Below are positions 12,001 through 28,989 of a stretch of DNA of 64,000 bases, in pieces. The translations under genes were made by a program, and so were the position numbers. Numbering within the stretch: the stretch's first letter is position 1; the number at the start of each line of letters is the position of its first letter. The notes beneath the pieces are model-generated. The model saw only the letters and a program-made list of their open reading frames with translations. It was not told the DNA's origin and did no database searches. The stretch is from Anaeramoeba ignava BMAN (lineage: Eukaryota > Protista > Anaeramoebae): contig JAPDFW010000136.1 of NCBI GenBank assembly GCA_028826165.1, forward strand, positions 62,001 through 126,000. The letters run 5' to 3'.

Positions 12001-13457
12001 ATGTATTTATTAAAATGTAATTATTAAAATGTATTTATTAAAATGTATTTAATAAAATGTAATTAATAAAATTTATTTATTAAAATTTAATTAAAATTTA
12101 TTTATTAAAATTTATTTATTAAAATGTATTTATTAAAATTTATTTATTAAAATGTATTTATTAAAATTTATTTATTAAAATTTATTTATTAAAATGTATT
12201 TATTAAAATGTATTTATTAAAATTTATTTATTAAAATGTATTTATTAAAAATGTATTTATTAAAATGTATTTATTAAAATTTATTTATTAAAATTTATTT
12301 ATTAAAAATGTATTTATTAAAATTTATTTATTAAAATTTATTTATTAAAATTTATTTATTAAAATTTAATTAAAATGTATTTATTAAAATTTAATTATTA
12401 AAATTTATTTATTAAAATTTATTTATTAAAATAAAATTTATTAAAAATTATTTATTAAAATTTATTTATTAAAATTTATTTATTAAAATTTATTTATTAA
12501 AATTTATTTATTAAAATTTAATTTTCATTAAAATTTAATTATTAAAATTTAATTATTAAAATTTATTTATTAAAAATTTATTTATTAAAATTTATTTATT
12601 AAAATTTATTTATTAAAATTTATTTATTAAAATTTATTTATTAAAATGTATTTATTAAAATTTATTTATTTAAAATTTATTTATTAAAAATGTATTTATT
12701 AAAAAATTTAAAAAATTTATTTAATAAAATTTATTTATTAAAATGTAATTATTAAAATTTATTTATTAAAATGTATTTATTAAAATTTATTTATTAAAAT
12801 GTATTTATTAAAATTTATTTATTAAAAATGTATTTATTAAAATGTATTTATTAAAATTTATTTATTAAAATGTATTTATTAAAATTTATTTATTAAAATT
12901 TATTTATTAAAAATTTATTTATTAAAATGTATTTATTAAAATTTATTTATTAAAATTTAATTATTAAAATGTATTTATTAAAATGTAATTATTAAAATGT
13001 ATTTATTAAAATTTAAATATTAAAATGTATTTATTAAAATGTATTTATTAAATTGTATTTATTAAAATGTATTTATTAAAATTTATTTATTAAAATTTAT
13101 TTATTAAAATTTAATTATTAAAATGTATTTATTAAAATGTATTTATTAAAATTTATTTATTAAAATGTATTTATTAAAATTTAATTATTAAAATGTATTT
13201 ATTAAAATGTATTTATTAAAATTTATTTATTAAAATTTATTTATTAAAATGTATTTATTAAAATTTAAATAGTTTTATAAATAATTTACTTGTTTATTGT
13301 GTTTATTTTCTTTTGTCCAAGAAAATGTTGTTATTTTTGATTTTGATAAAGAACTTAAATTTATTTCAAATATTTTTTCATTTGTTTTTGTTTTCCAAAT
13401 TGTAAGTATATTTGAATCATTTAATGAAATCCATTTTTTTGAATTATAACTAAACAT
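9007..13457 (-). CDS. WDR43: UTP5/WDR43 small-subunit processome WD40 protein, 8 exons
   Basis: Seven GT-AG introns splice in frame; WD40 N-terminus (LTIWKT, VALGHQNG, SCYSNGAIVQWS) and Utp12 domain (TALEQALKSKDIEMLNQCL, PWIRSVFIHYTSYL); acidic tail. Confidence 0.85.
11373..13289 (-). repeat. 1.9-kb intron made of 14-bp tandem repeat (AAAATKTATTTATT on + strand)
   Basis: GTAAAT donor at 13289, GAAG acceptor at 11373; array fills nearly all of the intron. Confidence 0.9.
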
Positions 13458-13558
13458 TTTTTATAAAGAAAAAAAAAATGAAAAAAAAAATGAAAAAAAT
13501 GAAAAAAAAAATGAAAAAATGAAAAAAAAAAAAAATTTCACTTTTCTTTCTTTTTTTA
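13458..13558. promoter_or_regulatory. Divergent promoter UTP5/thiolase
   Basis: Five AAAATGAAAA copies facing UTP5, TTTCACTTTT facing thiolase. Confidence 0.6.
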
Positions 13559-16553
<2,995 letters not shown>

Positions 16554-16657
16554 CAAAAAATTTAAAAGAGAACAATCTTTTTAATAATTTTTTTTTACTC
16601 TTTTAAAAATCTTCTTAATCAATCAAAAAAGAAAAAAAAGAATTTAGAATTTAGAAT

Positions 16658-18267
16658 TTAAAAAATTGATTCAAAATCATCATTTCCAAATTCATTTCCA
16701 AATTCATTTCCTAATTCATTTCCAAATTCATCTCCAAATTCATCTCCAAATTCATCCTCATTATTAACGAAAATTTGAGAATTCTTTTCTAAAAATTTTG
16801 TTCTAAAATCATGTTCAAAAATTCCATCTTTCCATAAAACTACAGTTCCATCAGAATTACAAGTAGCAAAAATATGAGAATTTAAAGATAAAGCATTTAA
16901 AACAATTCCTTCTTGAATTGGGGGAATATCTTCAACACAAAATCTTTGAATTTGAGGTAGTAAATCTTTAATTGATTCAAAATCAAATTCTTGAGAATAA
17001 AATGATTGCTCCAAATCTGCAAATTTTTGGATTTCTTGAGTTGGTTTTGTTTTGATTTCAATTTTAGAATCTAAAATAGATTGTTCAAACATTTCTGGAT
17101 CAGTTGTTCTCCAAATTCTAATATAACCTTCTTGAGTAATCGAAGTAATACAAGCACTAAAAAAAATGAAATGATTAAAATAATTAAATTGAACATCAAA
17201 AAATTAAATATTGAATTCAATTCAATTTTTTACCCATCATAAAGAGGAATAATAAAATTAATTGTTGTTTGATGAGCAGTTCCAATTTTAAATATTTTTT
17301 CTTCAGTTTGTAAGTCAACAATCAAAAATCCTTTATCAATAACAACACAAAGATATCTTGATTCATGACAATAAATATAATTCAAGGTATCAAGAACATT
17401 ATCATTCTCGAACAACTGAATATTATTCAAAATTTCACCAGAAATATCCCATAAATGAACATGACCATTTAAAGAAACAGTAATAAAAGAATTTTTTGAA
17501 ACAGGAATCAACCAACCGATAAATGAATTCTCAAGTTTTGGATCCAATTTCTGATATTCTTTTTCAAAATTCTCATCAACAAAATGATACAAAATCAAAT
17601 ATGAAGAGTTTTCTAATAATACAACAAGTGTTTCTTTTTCTTGGAAGTAAATAATTTTCTTAATTTTTTTTTCTGGTTCAGGATTTTCAAAAGAGAATTT
17701 TTGAGTCATAGTATTTATATCCCAAATATAAAATTTCCCATCATTTGCAAAAGAAATAAAACTAGAATCATCCAACAAAGACAAATACTGTATGATAAAC
17801 GATTGGTTGTTTTTTAATTGCGATATTTTATAATCGTCATTGGAAAATGAAAGTGAATCTAAAGATCCATTTGATTTTGAAAATATAAATATATTTTGAT
17901 TTGGAATGTAAACCCAACAAATAATTTCTATATCTTGTTCTAGTTCAATGATTTTCAGTTGTTCTCCTAAACAATAATTCCAGATGATGATTTCCTTGTG
18001 ATTTGTGATGGTGATCATTTTTTCATCATCAATGGGAACTATTTCTTGAATCATGGAATCATTTACTTTTAAAATTTGAATTTCATTTATTCTGTTAAAA
18101 AAGCTTGAATGTGAATTATTTTGTGGAAATAATAATGATTTTTCATCTTGGGTTTGAAAAAATTGGTTTTGAGAAATGTACAAATCATTTTCAGAAATGA
18201 TATTTTTTGGTTCAGAATTTTCAATAAAAAGATTTTGTGATTCTTGTTTTGTATGTTTTTGTCCCAT
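16658..18267 (-). CDS. WDR41: WD repeat protein 41-like, 2 exons
   Basis: NEIQILKVNDSMIQEIVPIDDEK..IIIWNYCLGEQL and FATCNSDGTVVLWKDGIFE resemble recalled WDR41 termini; intron ~17232..17157. Confidence 0.7.
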
Positions 18268-18342
18268 TTTTTTTTTTAAAATGAAGAATGAAAAATGAAA
18301 AATGAAAAATGAAAAAAATTTTTTGAAAAATTTATTAATTAA

Positions 18343-21321
18343 TTAATCTGTAAAAGTTTCATAAGCAAACAATAAAATATCTTGTTCATTTTTTTGTTTT
18401 TTCTCTTCAAAATCAGGATTATTCAATTTAAACATTTTATAAAATGAATTATCATCATTTAAAAATTTCCATTCATTTTTAATAACAAAATCCATAATTT
18501 TATTTTCTAAAGATAAAATTTCCAAACCGGAAATATTTTTAATAACATCTTTAACATTTTCAATAGAAAGATTTTTATGGATAAAATGCACAATAGAGTC
18601 TTGAAAAAAGGAAGAATTTAAACCATAATATTGATTAGCATCAATTAATTCAAGCGCAATTTTCATTGTTAAATTAGACAATTGATTAGTATATAAAAAA
18701 TGAATAAGAACTTGAATTGCTTCATAAGATCTTCCAGAAAGATCATGAACTTCATGTTTTGAATCCTGAACGGATAAAAACATTCCTCTGAATAATTCTG
18801 TTCTTGATCCAAGTATTAATTTGTGAATTGCTATTTTTTGATTTTCTACTATTAAATAAAAATCTTTTGTTGATTCTTCATTTAATAATTCTTCTAAATT
18901 TTTTTCTACAAGTTCAAATTCTCCTGTTTTTTCAAATTTTTCAATTTGATCTAAAAGGGAATCTATTCTTAATTTTTCTGCGATATTTTTGATTTGTAAA
19001 ATTTGTTCTAAAGGAAGTTTAAGATCCAAAATTCCTCCTAAAAAATTTTTTTTTTTGAATATAAATTTTTTTTTTTTGAATATTATTCTAAATGTTTCTT
19101 CTACCTGTATAAACCCACAAAAGAAAATCCATCACTTCTTTTTTTTCATTCCCAGAAAATTGTAAAGAAAATAATAAAGGATTCCATTTCTCTTTAAGTC
19201 TACATTTCATAATTAAATCATGAACAAAAATTTCACCATCAATACATTTAAAGGATTTTGAAGCGAAATTTTGAGAGAAAAGCAAATTCTTCATGTCTTG
19301 AGAAAAAGAAGACATATTATCAATAGGATCAACAAGAATTTCCAAAAAATCTGAATGGTAATGCCAATCGGGCTCAGAATTAGCTTGATAGCCACCTCCA
19401 AACATATATATTTTACCAGCAAAATAAAAAGAACTATCTGAAAATCTCCAAGGATATTCAACTCCATTTGTTTTTAATTGATGCCAATATGAAAGTGGAT
19501 TAAAAACCCACATTTCACGTGTAAAATCACCTGATTCTAACATTCCATTAAAAATACACACTTGATTATCAAAAGTAATTGCGGAATGTCCACAAACAAG
19601 TGGAGGAATATAATCCAATTTGGGTTTTGACCAAGATTGATTTTGGAATGAAAAAATAAATATATCCTTAATATTATCATTATTTCCATCAGATCCGCCA
19701 ATAATATACATAGAATCGGAAATAACACTTGCTGTGTGCCGAAAAATACGCCCAACAATAGAATGGACATATTCCCAAACAAATGTTTCCAAATCAAATT
19801 TCAAAAATGATTTTAAAATTTCATCATTTCTTCCTATTCCTCCAAGAACCCATAATTTATTATCATAAACAACACTGCTATGATAGCAGCGGAATTCGGG
19901 TATTATTTTCCCGTTATATTTTATTTCTTCCCATATTTGCTTTTTGATATCTAATCTCCACATATCATTCATATCTCGATTTAAACGACTTGATCCTCCA
20001 AAAATATAAAATTGATTTTTATAAAAGAAGGCTGTTTGTCCTGTTCTACCAGCAGGTTTTGAACCTTTGATTTCTATTTTCTTCCATTTTTTTGTGTCTT
20101 TTCAATTTTATTTATTTTAATTTTGATTTTTAATTTTGATTTTAATTTTTAATTTTTGATTTTGATTTTGATTTTGATTTTGATTTTGATTTTTGAATTT
20201 TAATTTTAATTTTGATTTTGATTTTAATTTTGATTATTAAATTTAATTTTGATTTTGATTTTGATTTTGATTTTGATTTTGATTTTGAATTTGATTTTAA
20301 TTTTGATTTTAATTTTAATTTTAATTTTGATTTTGATTTTAATTTTAATTTTAATTTTAATTTTGATTTTGATTTTGATTTTGGTTTTAATTTTAATTTT
20401 GATTTTGATTTTAATTTTGATTTTGATTTTTGATTTTGATTTTAATTTTGATTTTGATTTTGATTTTTGATTTTGATTTTAATTTTGATTTTAATTTTAA
20501 TTTTAATTTTAATTTTAATTTTAATTTTAATTTTGATTTTAATTTTGATTTTGGATTTTAATTTTAATTTTAATTTTGATTTTGATTTTCATTTTGATTT
20601 TAATTTTGATTTTGATTTTGATTTTGATTTTGATTTATTTTCATTTTGAATTTTGATTTTGATTTTGATTTTAATTTTGATTTTGATTATTAAATTTAAT
20701 TTTGATTTTGATTTTGATTATTAATTTTGAATTTTGATTTTGATTTTGATTTTGATTTTGATTTTGATTTTTAATTTTAATTTTAATTTTGATTTTGATT
20801 ATTAAATTTGATTTTGATTTTGAATTTGATTTTGATTTTGATTTTGATTTTGATTTTGATTTTGAATTTGATTTTAATTTATTTTAATTTTAATTTTGAT
20901 TTTGATTTTGATTTTTGATTTTGAATTTTAATTTTAATTTTAATTTTGATTTTGATTTTGATTTTAATTTTGATTTTAATTTTGATTTTAATTTTGATTT
21001 TTTTTGATTTTGATTTTGATTTTGATTTTGATTTTGATTTTGATTTTGATTTTGATTTTGATTTTTATTTTGATTTTGATTATTAAATTTAATTTTGATT
21101 TTGATTTTGATTTTAATTTTGATTTTAATTTATTTTAATTTTAATTTTGAATTACAAATGTTGAGTTCCCATAAATCATTATGTCGAATTTCTGAACATT
21201 TTCCTCCAAATAAAAGACAAAATTTTTTTCCATCTTCGGTTTCACATAAAGTTATTGATTGACCATATCTTTTTGAAGGATAAGTTTTTGAAGAACTTTT
21301 TATATTTATCCACTCTAACAT
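18343..21321 (-). CDS. Kelch-repeat + tandem BTB protein (LZTR1-like architecture), 3 exons
   Basis: Kelch motifs RYGQS..LFGG, RCYHSS..VLGG, RHTAS..IIGG; BTBs VHDLIMKCR and IHKLILGSRTELFRGMF; introns 21155..20098 and ~19103..19038. Confidence 0.85.
20098..21155 (-). repeat. Intron made of AAAATC/AAAATT hexamers
   Basis: GTAATT donor, AAAAG acceptor, array between. Confidence 0.9.
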
Positions 21322-21408
21322 TTAAATTTAAAAAAAGAAAGAAAAATAATAAATAAAAAAAAGAAAAAAATTTTTTCATTTTTTTTTTTTCATTTTTTTT
21401 TTATTGAA

Positions 21409-24400
21409 ATGAGTCAAAAAAAAATTTTGAGAACTAAAACTTTAACAAATCTTCCTCGTTTAAACACAAATTTTATTGAGGAAATTTCTAAAATGAATGA
21501 AACAAAAATCCCAATAATATTTGAAGCATTTTTACAATCAAAAACATTAGATGAACAATTAGTAAATCTAAATAAAATTGAAGTTAGAATTTTAGAATTA
21601 TTAGATGACTTGAAAAACAGAAGAAAAGTAGAAGAAAAAAAAAAAGCAAAAGAAAAAATAGAAAAAATAGAAAAAATATATGGAAATCTAGCAAAAACAA
21701 TAATGGCTTATCTTCTTTATCCTGGTTTGACAGGAATTTTTTCCCCAATTTCAAGAATTATTGCGAAAATGAATAAACAATTTCCAAACGTTATTAAACC
21801 AATAATCGAAGAACAAATAAACCGTTTTTTACTTCAAATTCCTCAAGTTTGGCCACAAGAAATTCAAAAACAAACGGAACTATTTCAAAATCTCCAAATA
21901 TTATCTCATGTTTTTGGAAATAATCTTTTTAGATCTCAAGTCAAGGAAATTATTACAAACGAACATATTTTTGCAATTGTTCATTTTTCAGAGTTGATAT
22001 TGAATAAATTTATAAATGAAATTATCCAAAAAGAATATCAATTCTCAACTAAATTAAAAGGATTTATCAACGTTATTTACAAAGTAATAAGTACATTATT
22101 TACAAAAGATTTTGAAAAATTTATTGGGCCAATTATTGAGGAAAACAAAATCAACACAGATCTATTTTTCAATCAAAATCAAGAAAATAATGAAAATCAA
22201 AAATCAAATTTTCTTCATAAGCTAATTAAATCCACATTTTCACTACTTTCGTTGAATATTTCAGATAGAGAAACAATTTCAAGATCATCTTTTATTTTGC
22301 TATTAATATTAGATCAAATGACAAAAAACCAAGATGCATTCATTATCAATAGTGTTTTCACATTTTTCAATATTCAAACTATTTCCTTCATAAAATCACA
22401 AAATCAAATTGAAAATGAAAATCAAAATCAAAATCAAAATCAAAATCAAATTGAAAATCAAATTGAAAATCAAAATCAAAATCAAAATCAAAATCAAAAT
22501 CAAAATCAAAATCAAAATCAAAATCAAAATCAAAATCAAAATCAAATTGAAAATCAAAATCAAAATGAAAATCAAACAAAATTCTCCAAGAATAACATGA
22601 TTTGGAATTATTTCTTGCCTTTAGATTCCAAAAAAACATCTCTTAGTGATTTTTTCCAAAATCTTCCAATGAGATCTCAAATTGAATTATTAAATGGATT
22701 AACATGCTCTTCAAAAATTAAAAGATTGATTAAACCATTCTATATAGACTCTTCTGAATCACCAAATACTATCCTTTATGATTTACTGATTGATAAATTT
22801 TGCACCTTATCAACAACTTTGAAAAAGGAATATGAAAAATTTCCTTCTCTTGTTGGATTAAAAAATGTTTTACAACAAATAACTAAAAATTATAGGCTTC
22901 TTGAGAAATCAGGATTTAGAAAATCAAATTTTGTTGAAAAAAACAATACAAGAATTCTCAACATTATCTGGGATAATATTGGAAATTCAGAATCAATGAT
23001 TTCTTTAGATGCAAAAGAAGTTTTTGAAATATGGATGAAATTTTGTACAAATGATATTAGAATAGAAAATCTTGAGAAATGCTTGAAAATTTCCTGGAAT
23101 AATAACATAAAACCTCTTTTAATTACTGCAGTTGTTAAATTTATTGATGCTCAAGAAGTTTTCAAGATTAATCCTAATTTTTTCCCAGAATTTTTCAAAA
23201 TTCTTCGTGATCAACTTCGAAACCAACGAAATACGAAATTATTTACTCAAATGCTTCAAAGTTTAAGTTCTAAAATGAGTTTGGAGGAGCATTCCAAATA
23301 TTGGCTTTCTCCAGTAATAGAATCATTATCTTCATTTGATAATAAGATTCGGCAACCTATTACAGAATATGTACTTCCAGCATTATTGAAATTTGACACT
23401 AATATTTTCCAATTAATTCTTGATAAAATAATTGGGAATGAAAATGAAAATCAAAAAAATTTTGCACTTCTATTTTTATTAAGAACTGCAAGAAATTTAT
23501 CTATTGTTGATTCATCTTCTTTAGAATATTTTTTCCATGGAAAAAAATTAAATCCTCAAGATTCTGATGATATAATAGAAAATCTTAATGGAGATTCTAT
23601 TATTGAAAAAGCCTTATTAAACGCTGATGAATCTATTCGATTAAATGCTATTGAATTACTGACATTTCATTCCAAAATAGGAGAACCAATATCTCTATTG
23701 GAAATACTTCTTCTTCGAAAATATCTTATTTATAGTTTGAAGGTTGTTCTTCCAGATCATAAAAAAAGAATAAGTAACTGCATGCTTCGTTTATTCCCAC
23801 GAATCATTTCCACATTCACAAAACAACAGAATATTGAAAGTGAATCAAAAAAATTGGAAATTATAAAGGAATTTTTAGTCTGGTTTTTCTCCTTTATTGT
23901 TTATTCCCTTCATCCAGGATCATCATTTAATAGAAAGACCTTATTTATTCCTTTTTTGGAAACTATAACAAATTTTTTTCCGATGATCCAATTTGAAAAT
24001 GAAAATGAAAATGAAAATGATAATGATAGTAATTTGAATGTTATCCAAGAAACAATCTCAAAAGTACTTTTTTCAACTCATTCTGTAATGAATTTTGTCA
24101 ATAATTTAATTGAAGGATGGGATCAAACACGAATAATTTCATTTGAAATACTGAAAAAAATACCTTCAAAAATTATTGGATTTTCAAATTTGCAATTTGT
24201 TTCCAATATGCTTGCTTGGACAATAGGAAAACTGTTAAAAGCCAAGAAATTACGAGAAGCAGACACAGGATCAAAAGTTATCCAACTGATATTTAAAAAA
24301 TCTGTTATTGAATTTGGATGGAATTTTAAGAATTGGGATCATAAACAGCGAAAAACAATTCAAATTAAAACACACAATAATCAAGTTGGGTATTTGCATA

Positions 24401-27400
24401 AAGGGGGTTCTTTCTGTGGAAAAGCAAGATCAGGAAAAGGTTGAAAATGAACCAAAATCAAGTTATTTGGAAGTTTTGAGAATTCTTGATTTCTTGGAAA
24501 TTTTTATTGGGATTGCGAAACAGAAAATGTCGAAAAACAACTTTAATTTAATGCTAACATTCCAAAAAACAGGAGTTCATGGATCTTTCTGTGCTATGAA
24601 TGGGATTCTTTCTGAAATTTCATTAGAGCAATACATAAGAAGTATTAATTCAAATGGGAATATTGAAAATGAGAAGGAAATTACAAAGAGATGGAAAGAA
24701 ACATTTGTTGAAATTATCAACATTTCAGAAAAGCTTTCCGAATTAACACTTAAAATTATAGGAGTTAGCAGAAAACATGCATTTTCATTACATGAAAAAG
24801 AAAGCAATGAAAATGATGAAAATAACGAAAATAATGAAAATCACGATGTTGAAGATATTTCAGGTGATAAAACAGACCAAATTATTTGTTCTTGGCTTGC
24901 CATGAAGGAACTTTTAACTTTACTAACAAATATACTTCAACAAGTTAAATTCCAATACACATACATAATCGACAAAGAGCATCAAATCCAAAAGAAGGAT
25001 TTTCTTATTCTCCCTCCAGATGATATTGAGAGGATTGGAAGATTGATGATCAATTTGATTTTGAATACTCGCCATAAAGGTGTTATTGAAAGAGGAGAAG
25101 AGCAATTCGAAAGATATTGTGAAATTCTGACTGAAATTCAATACAAGGAAATTAGCTCTTTAAAAACAAAATGGATGAATGAACTTTTCCAGACATTTTT
25201 CGAGTATGACACAGCCGTTTTGAGAAGAAGTGGAGCTCTTCCTCCAATATTTCTATCTCTTCTCCGAACGGAAAAGCAAGGAATTGCTGGCGAAACACCC
25301 AAAGATGGGATGATACAAACAACTATTAACAGATTACTTGAATATGCACGTCTCAATGTTGTAAACGAAAAGAATCAAGAGTTGCTTCAGAGTTTCCAGT
25401 TAAATTTACAGAAAATATCAACAGAAAACACAAGCATCAAATCCAAAATCATCAAAGTATTTAGCTCTATCCCTACAGATGCAGCAATTGATGAATCAAC
25501 AACAATACACTCACTGAATATTCTCAGGGCAATATTTCGTGATTCTGTGCTTTCAAAAGCAAGTTCTGAATATTTGCTTGAAGGATTTCTTTTGTCTTTA
25601 TATCGCTACAATGCAAATCACTGGGAAATCAGGAACGCAGGATCTTTATGCTACACAACACTCATTTCCAAGACTCTTTTCTCTAAGACTAAGCCAGATA
25701 AAAGAGTTGTTTTTGTTATTGCTCGTGATTTTTTTAATCAAATTCCTGGAATGTATCAATTTCTATTGAATTTCTTCGGAAACCAAAACACAAATCATAC
25801 TTTCATTTCACAAACATATCAACAAGCAGAAGAAAAGAAAAGCCAAGAAAATAAACTCGAATCAAATCATTATCTCCACTCTCCAATGCTTTATCCTATT
25901 TTACTTCTTCTATCATCAATACATCCTAACCCGTTTGAATTACCCAACGAAAAATATTCAATGAATCCTTTTAAACCATATTTATTCCATTGTCTTTCTT
26001 CTCAAGATTTTATGATCAGGAATTTTAGCATCGAGAACTTTAGTTCCTTTAATCTCCAAAAATGAAGTTTACAGTGAAATTGAGGCAATCTTCCAAAAAA
26101 TTGCAAATAAAATTTCAAAGAGGAAAGTTAAAAACAACAAAATTCACGGAATGCTTTTGTTAATTTATCAAATTATTCAAGAAAATAAGACAAACGAAGA
26201 CAGCATGTTTATTCCAAATCTTATCAATCTTTTCGAGAAATGGTTGTCTTCTATTGATTTTCTTGGATCTTTTATTAATTCCTGTTTACCAAATCGGGTT
26301 TTGTTTCTCTCCATTTTATTTGAATTTTTGGTCAAACCAATTGCTCATGATTACAGTTTATTTGATCAAGTTTCCGAAAGACTTTTAAATAAGATTTTCT
26401 CGTTAGCACAACATGATTTTGATGTTTATTTCAGTACTCAAAACGAAAAACAACATATTCAATTGAGTAACAAAGATGAGCATATCATTGGCAAAGGAGA
26501 TTTTCTTCAAGAAATTACAAGACTTTATTTGTACCGACTTCTGTATTTCACACGATTGGACGAGAACAATCACTTGAATCTTTCGGAAATAATTATTTAC
26601 ATGATTCGTCATAAAGAAATGGATATTCGTTTTGCGGCAATAAAAACACTTTATAAATTTATCCATGAAAATGGAAATGAAATATTGGAAATGAATTTAG
26701 ATTTTGATGATCCTAAAGTTGAAAAGCATCATAAATATTTTATTGAGGAAATTTACAAGATTCGCGAATTCTTACTTATAAATCTATTCAAGGAAAAGCA
26801 TCCTTATTGTCTTCGTATTCTATTGAATTTATATCTTAAATTAGAACCAGTTTTCAGAATTAATTTGGATTTAAAATCAAATGAAAAATTGATTTGTTTT
26901 TGGAAATCATTAATTGGTTGTGTTGAAGAGTATAATGATCCTAAAACAAAAGGAAGATGCTTATTATTAATGGGAGAATTTATAAGGCAAATTTTGGAGC
27001 AAATTCAAAATCAAAATCAAAATCAATTCATTTCTGAGATTGATATATCCAAATATATTGAATTTATTTATAAATCTTCTGAAAATCAACTTCCTACTTA
27101 TTTACGTCTTTGTGCTGCGAAATCCCTTATAAAAACAACAATCCTTGTTTCAAAGCAATTAATTGTTCCTGAAATTGTGATTAATTCTTGGCTAATTATT
27201 TTCACATTTTTACAAGATGATCATGAATATATTCGATTCAAAGTATCAAAACAAGTTTCAGAAATGTTATTTAGAAAAACAGAAAATTCCAATTTCCATA
27301 AAAATTTTGATAATTTGTGTGAGAACAAAATCATTGGAGATTCAATGAATTATCTTTATTCTTATTATGGAAAAGGCACATATTATCAGTCAGCTTTACT

Positions 27401-28092
27401 ATTCAATCATTTATTATATTTCGCATTAACAAATCAGAAGATATTTCCAAACAATCCAAATTCTTGGATTTTAAATGAAGAATATAATTCAACAAAATAT
27501 TTAGAAAAAATAGAATTGGAAAGGAAAGAAATTCAAGAACATTTCGAAAAAAAAGAGCATGATTTCAAATCAAAAGTTCTTCGATTTTCTAAAATGGAAA
27601 GCGATGAAGCTTTATTAAATGAAATTGAAAATGTTTATTTTGAAGATATTTTGATTGTTCAACATGTTATGAATATTTTCAGTTTATTTGTGAATGATAA
27701 TTTTAATCAAGAAACAAAAGAATTTATTGAGAATTGGAAAGATTATTTTGAGAAGAAAACAGAGAAAATAGTAGAATATTTAGAAGAATCAGAAAAAAAT
27801 TTAAATGGAAATTTAGATTCCGAAATTAATTTGAATTATTGGCCTGGAAAAATCAACACATATGCCAGTTTTCTTTATATTTTGTTATCAAACTTTTGGT
27901 TTATTTAGATCTTTAATTAATCAAAATCAAAATGAAAATGAAAATCAAATTGAAAATGAAAATCAAAATCAAAATCAAAATCAAATTCAAAATCAAAATC
28001 AAAATCAAAATCAAATCCAAATTCATTCAATTCTTAAAGATTTATTAGATTTTAAATTAAAAAATTCAAGTTTTGATTTCTTTTTAAAATAA
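21409..28092 (+). CDS. THADA: THADA/Trm732 armadillo-repeat tRNA 2'-O-methylation cofactor (three +1 frame breaks)
   Basis: DUF2428-type motifs [64 protein letters not shown] across four consecutive ORFs. Confidence 0.85.
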
Positions 28093-28630
28093 GGAGAAAA
28101 ACAAAAGATAAAAATCAAATTCAAATTCAAAATAATCAAAATCAAAATCAAAATCAAATTAAAATCAAAATCAAAATCAAATTCAAAATCAAAATCAAAA
28201 TCAAATTCAAATTCAAAATCAAAATCAAAAATCAAAATCAAAATCAAATTCAAATTCAAAATCAAAATCAAAATCAAAATCAAAATCAAAATCAAAATCA
28301 AAATCAAAATCAAAATCAAAATCAAAATCAAAATCATTCAAATTGAAATTCATTCAATTCTTAAATATTTATTAGATTTTAAATTAAAAAATTCAAGTTT
28401 TGATTTCTTTTTAAAATAAGGAGAAAAACAAAAGATAAAAATCAAATTCAAATTCAAATTTAAATTCAAATTCAAATTCAAAATTCAAATTCAAATTCAA
28501 ATTCAAAATCAAAATCAAAATCAAAATCAAATCCAAATTCATTCAATTCTTAAAGATTTATTAGATTTTAAATTAAAAAATTTAAATTTAAGTTTTGATT
28601 TCTTTTTAAAATAAGGAGAAAAACAAAAGG
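28010..28630 (+). repeat. Triplicated THADA 3' end (~90 bp) separated by AAAATC arrays
   Basis: attcattcaattcttaaa..tttttaaaataaggagaaaaacaaaag at ~28021, ~28348 and ~28537. Confidence 0.85.
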
Positions 28631-28693
28631 AGAAGAAAATTTAAAAAAAAAAAATAAAAAATTTAAATTTTTTTTTTTCATTTTTTTATTAAA

Positions 28694-28863
28694 ATGTCAA
28701 TTAGGGTGATGGTTTTATCTAAATTAAAATTATTATTAATTTTTTTATTTCAACATAAAATCACACTAAATTTGACAAAGAAAACTAAATAAGCAAAAAA
28801 TAATAATAAAATTAATAAATAAAAAAAAGGATTTTTCTTTTTTTTAAATTTTTTTGCTATTTA
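28694..28863 (+). ncRNA. Candidate two-hairpin RNA or micro-ORF transcript
   Basis: Inverted repeats 28695-28777 and 28786-28863 downstream of an orphan initiator-like motif. Confidence 0.3.
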
Positions 28864-28989
28864 ATAATTTAATAATTTAATAATTTAATAATTTAATAAA
28901 AACAAATTTTTTTTCATTTCATTTTTTTCTTTTCTTTTCTTTTCTTTTCTTTTCTGTTATTGTTTTTGTTTTAAAAAAAAAATATAAAA

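Noticed and set aside
11373-13289. Regular array as CRISPR, telomere or centromere
   Set aside because: No unique spacers and not G-rich; lies between a GT donor and AG acceptor that rejoin UTP5 in frame
26011-26065. Euplotes-style +1 frameshift at AAA-stop
   Set aside because: Conserved ASRTLVPL lies in the new frame upstream of the stop, so the break is earlier
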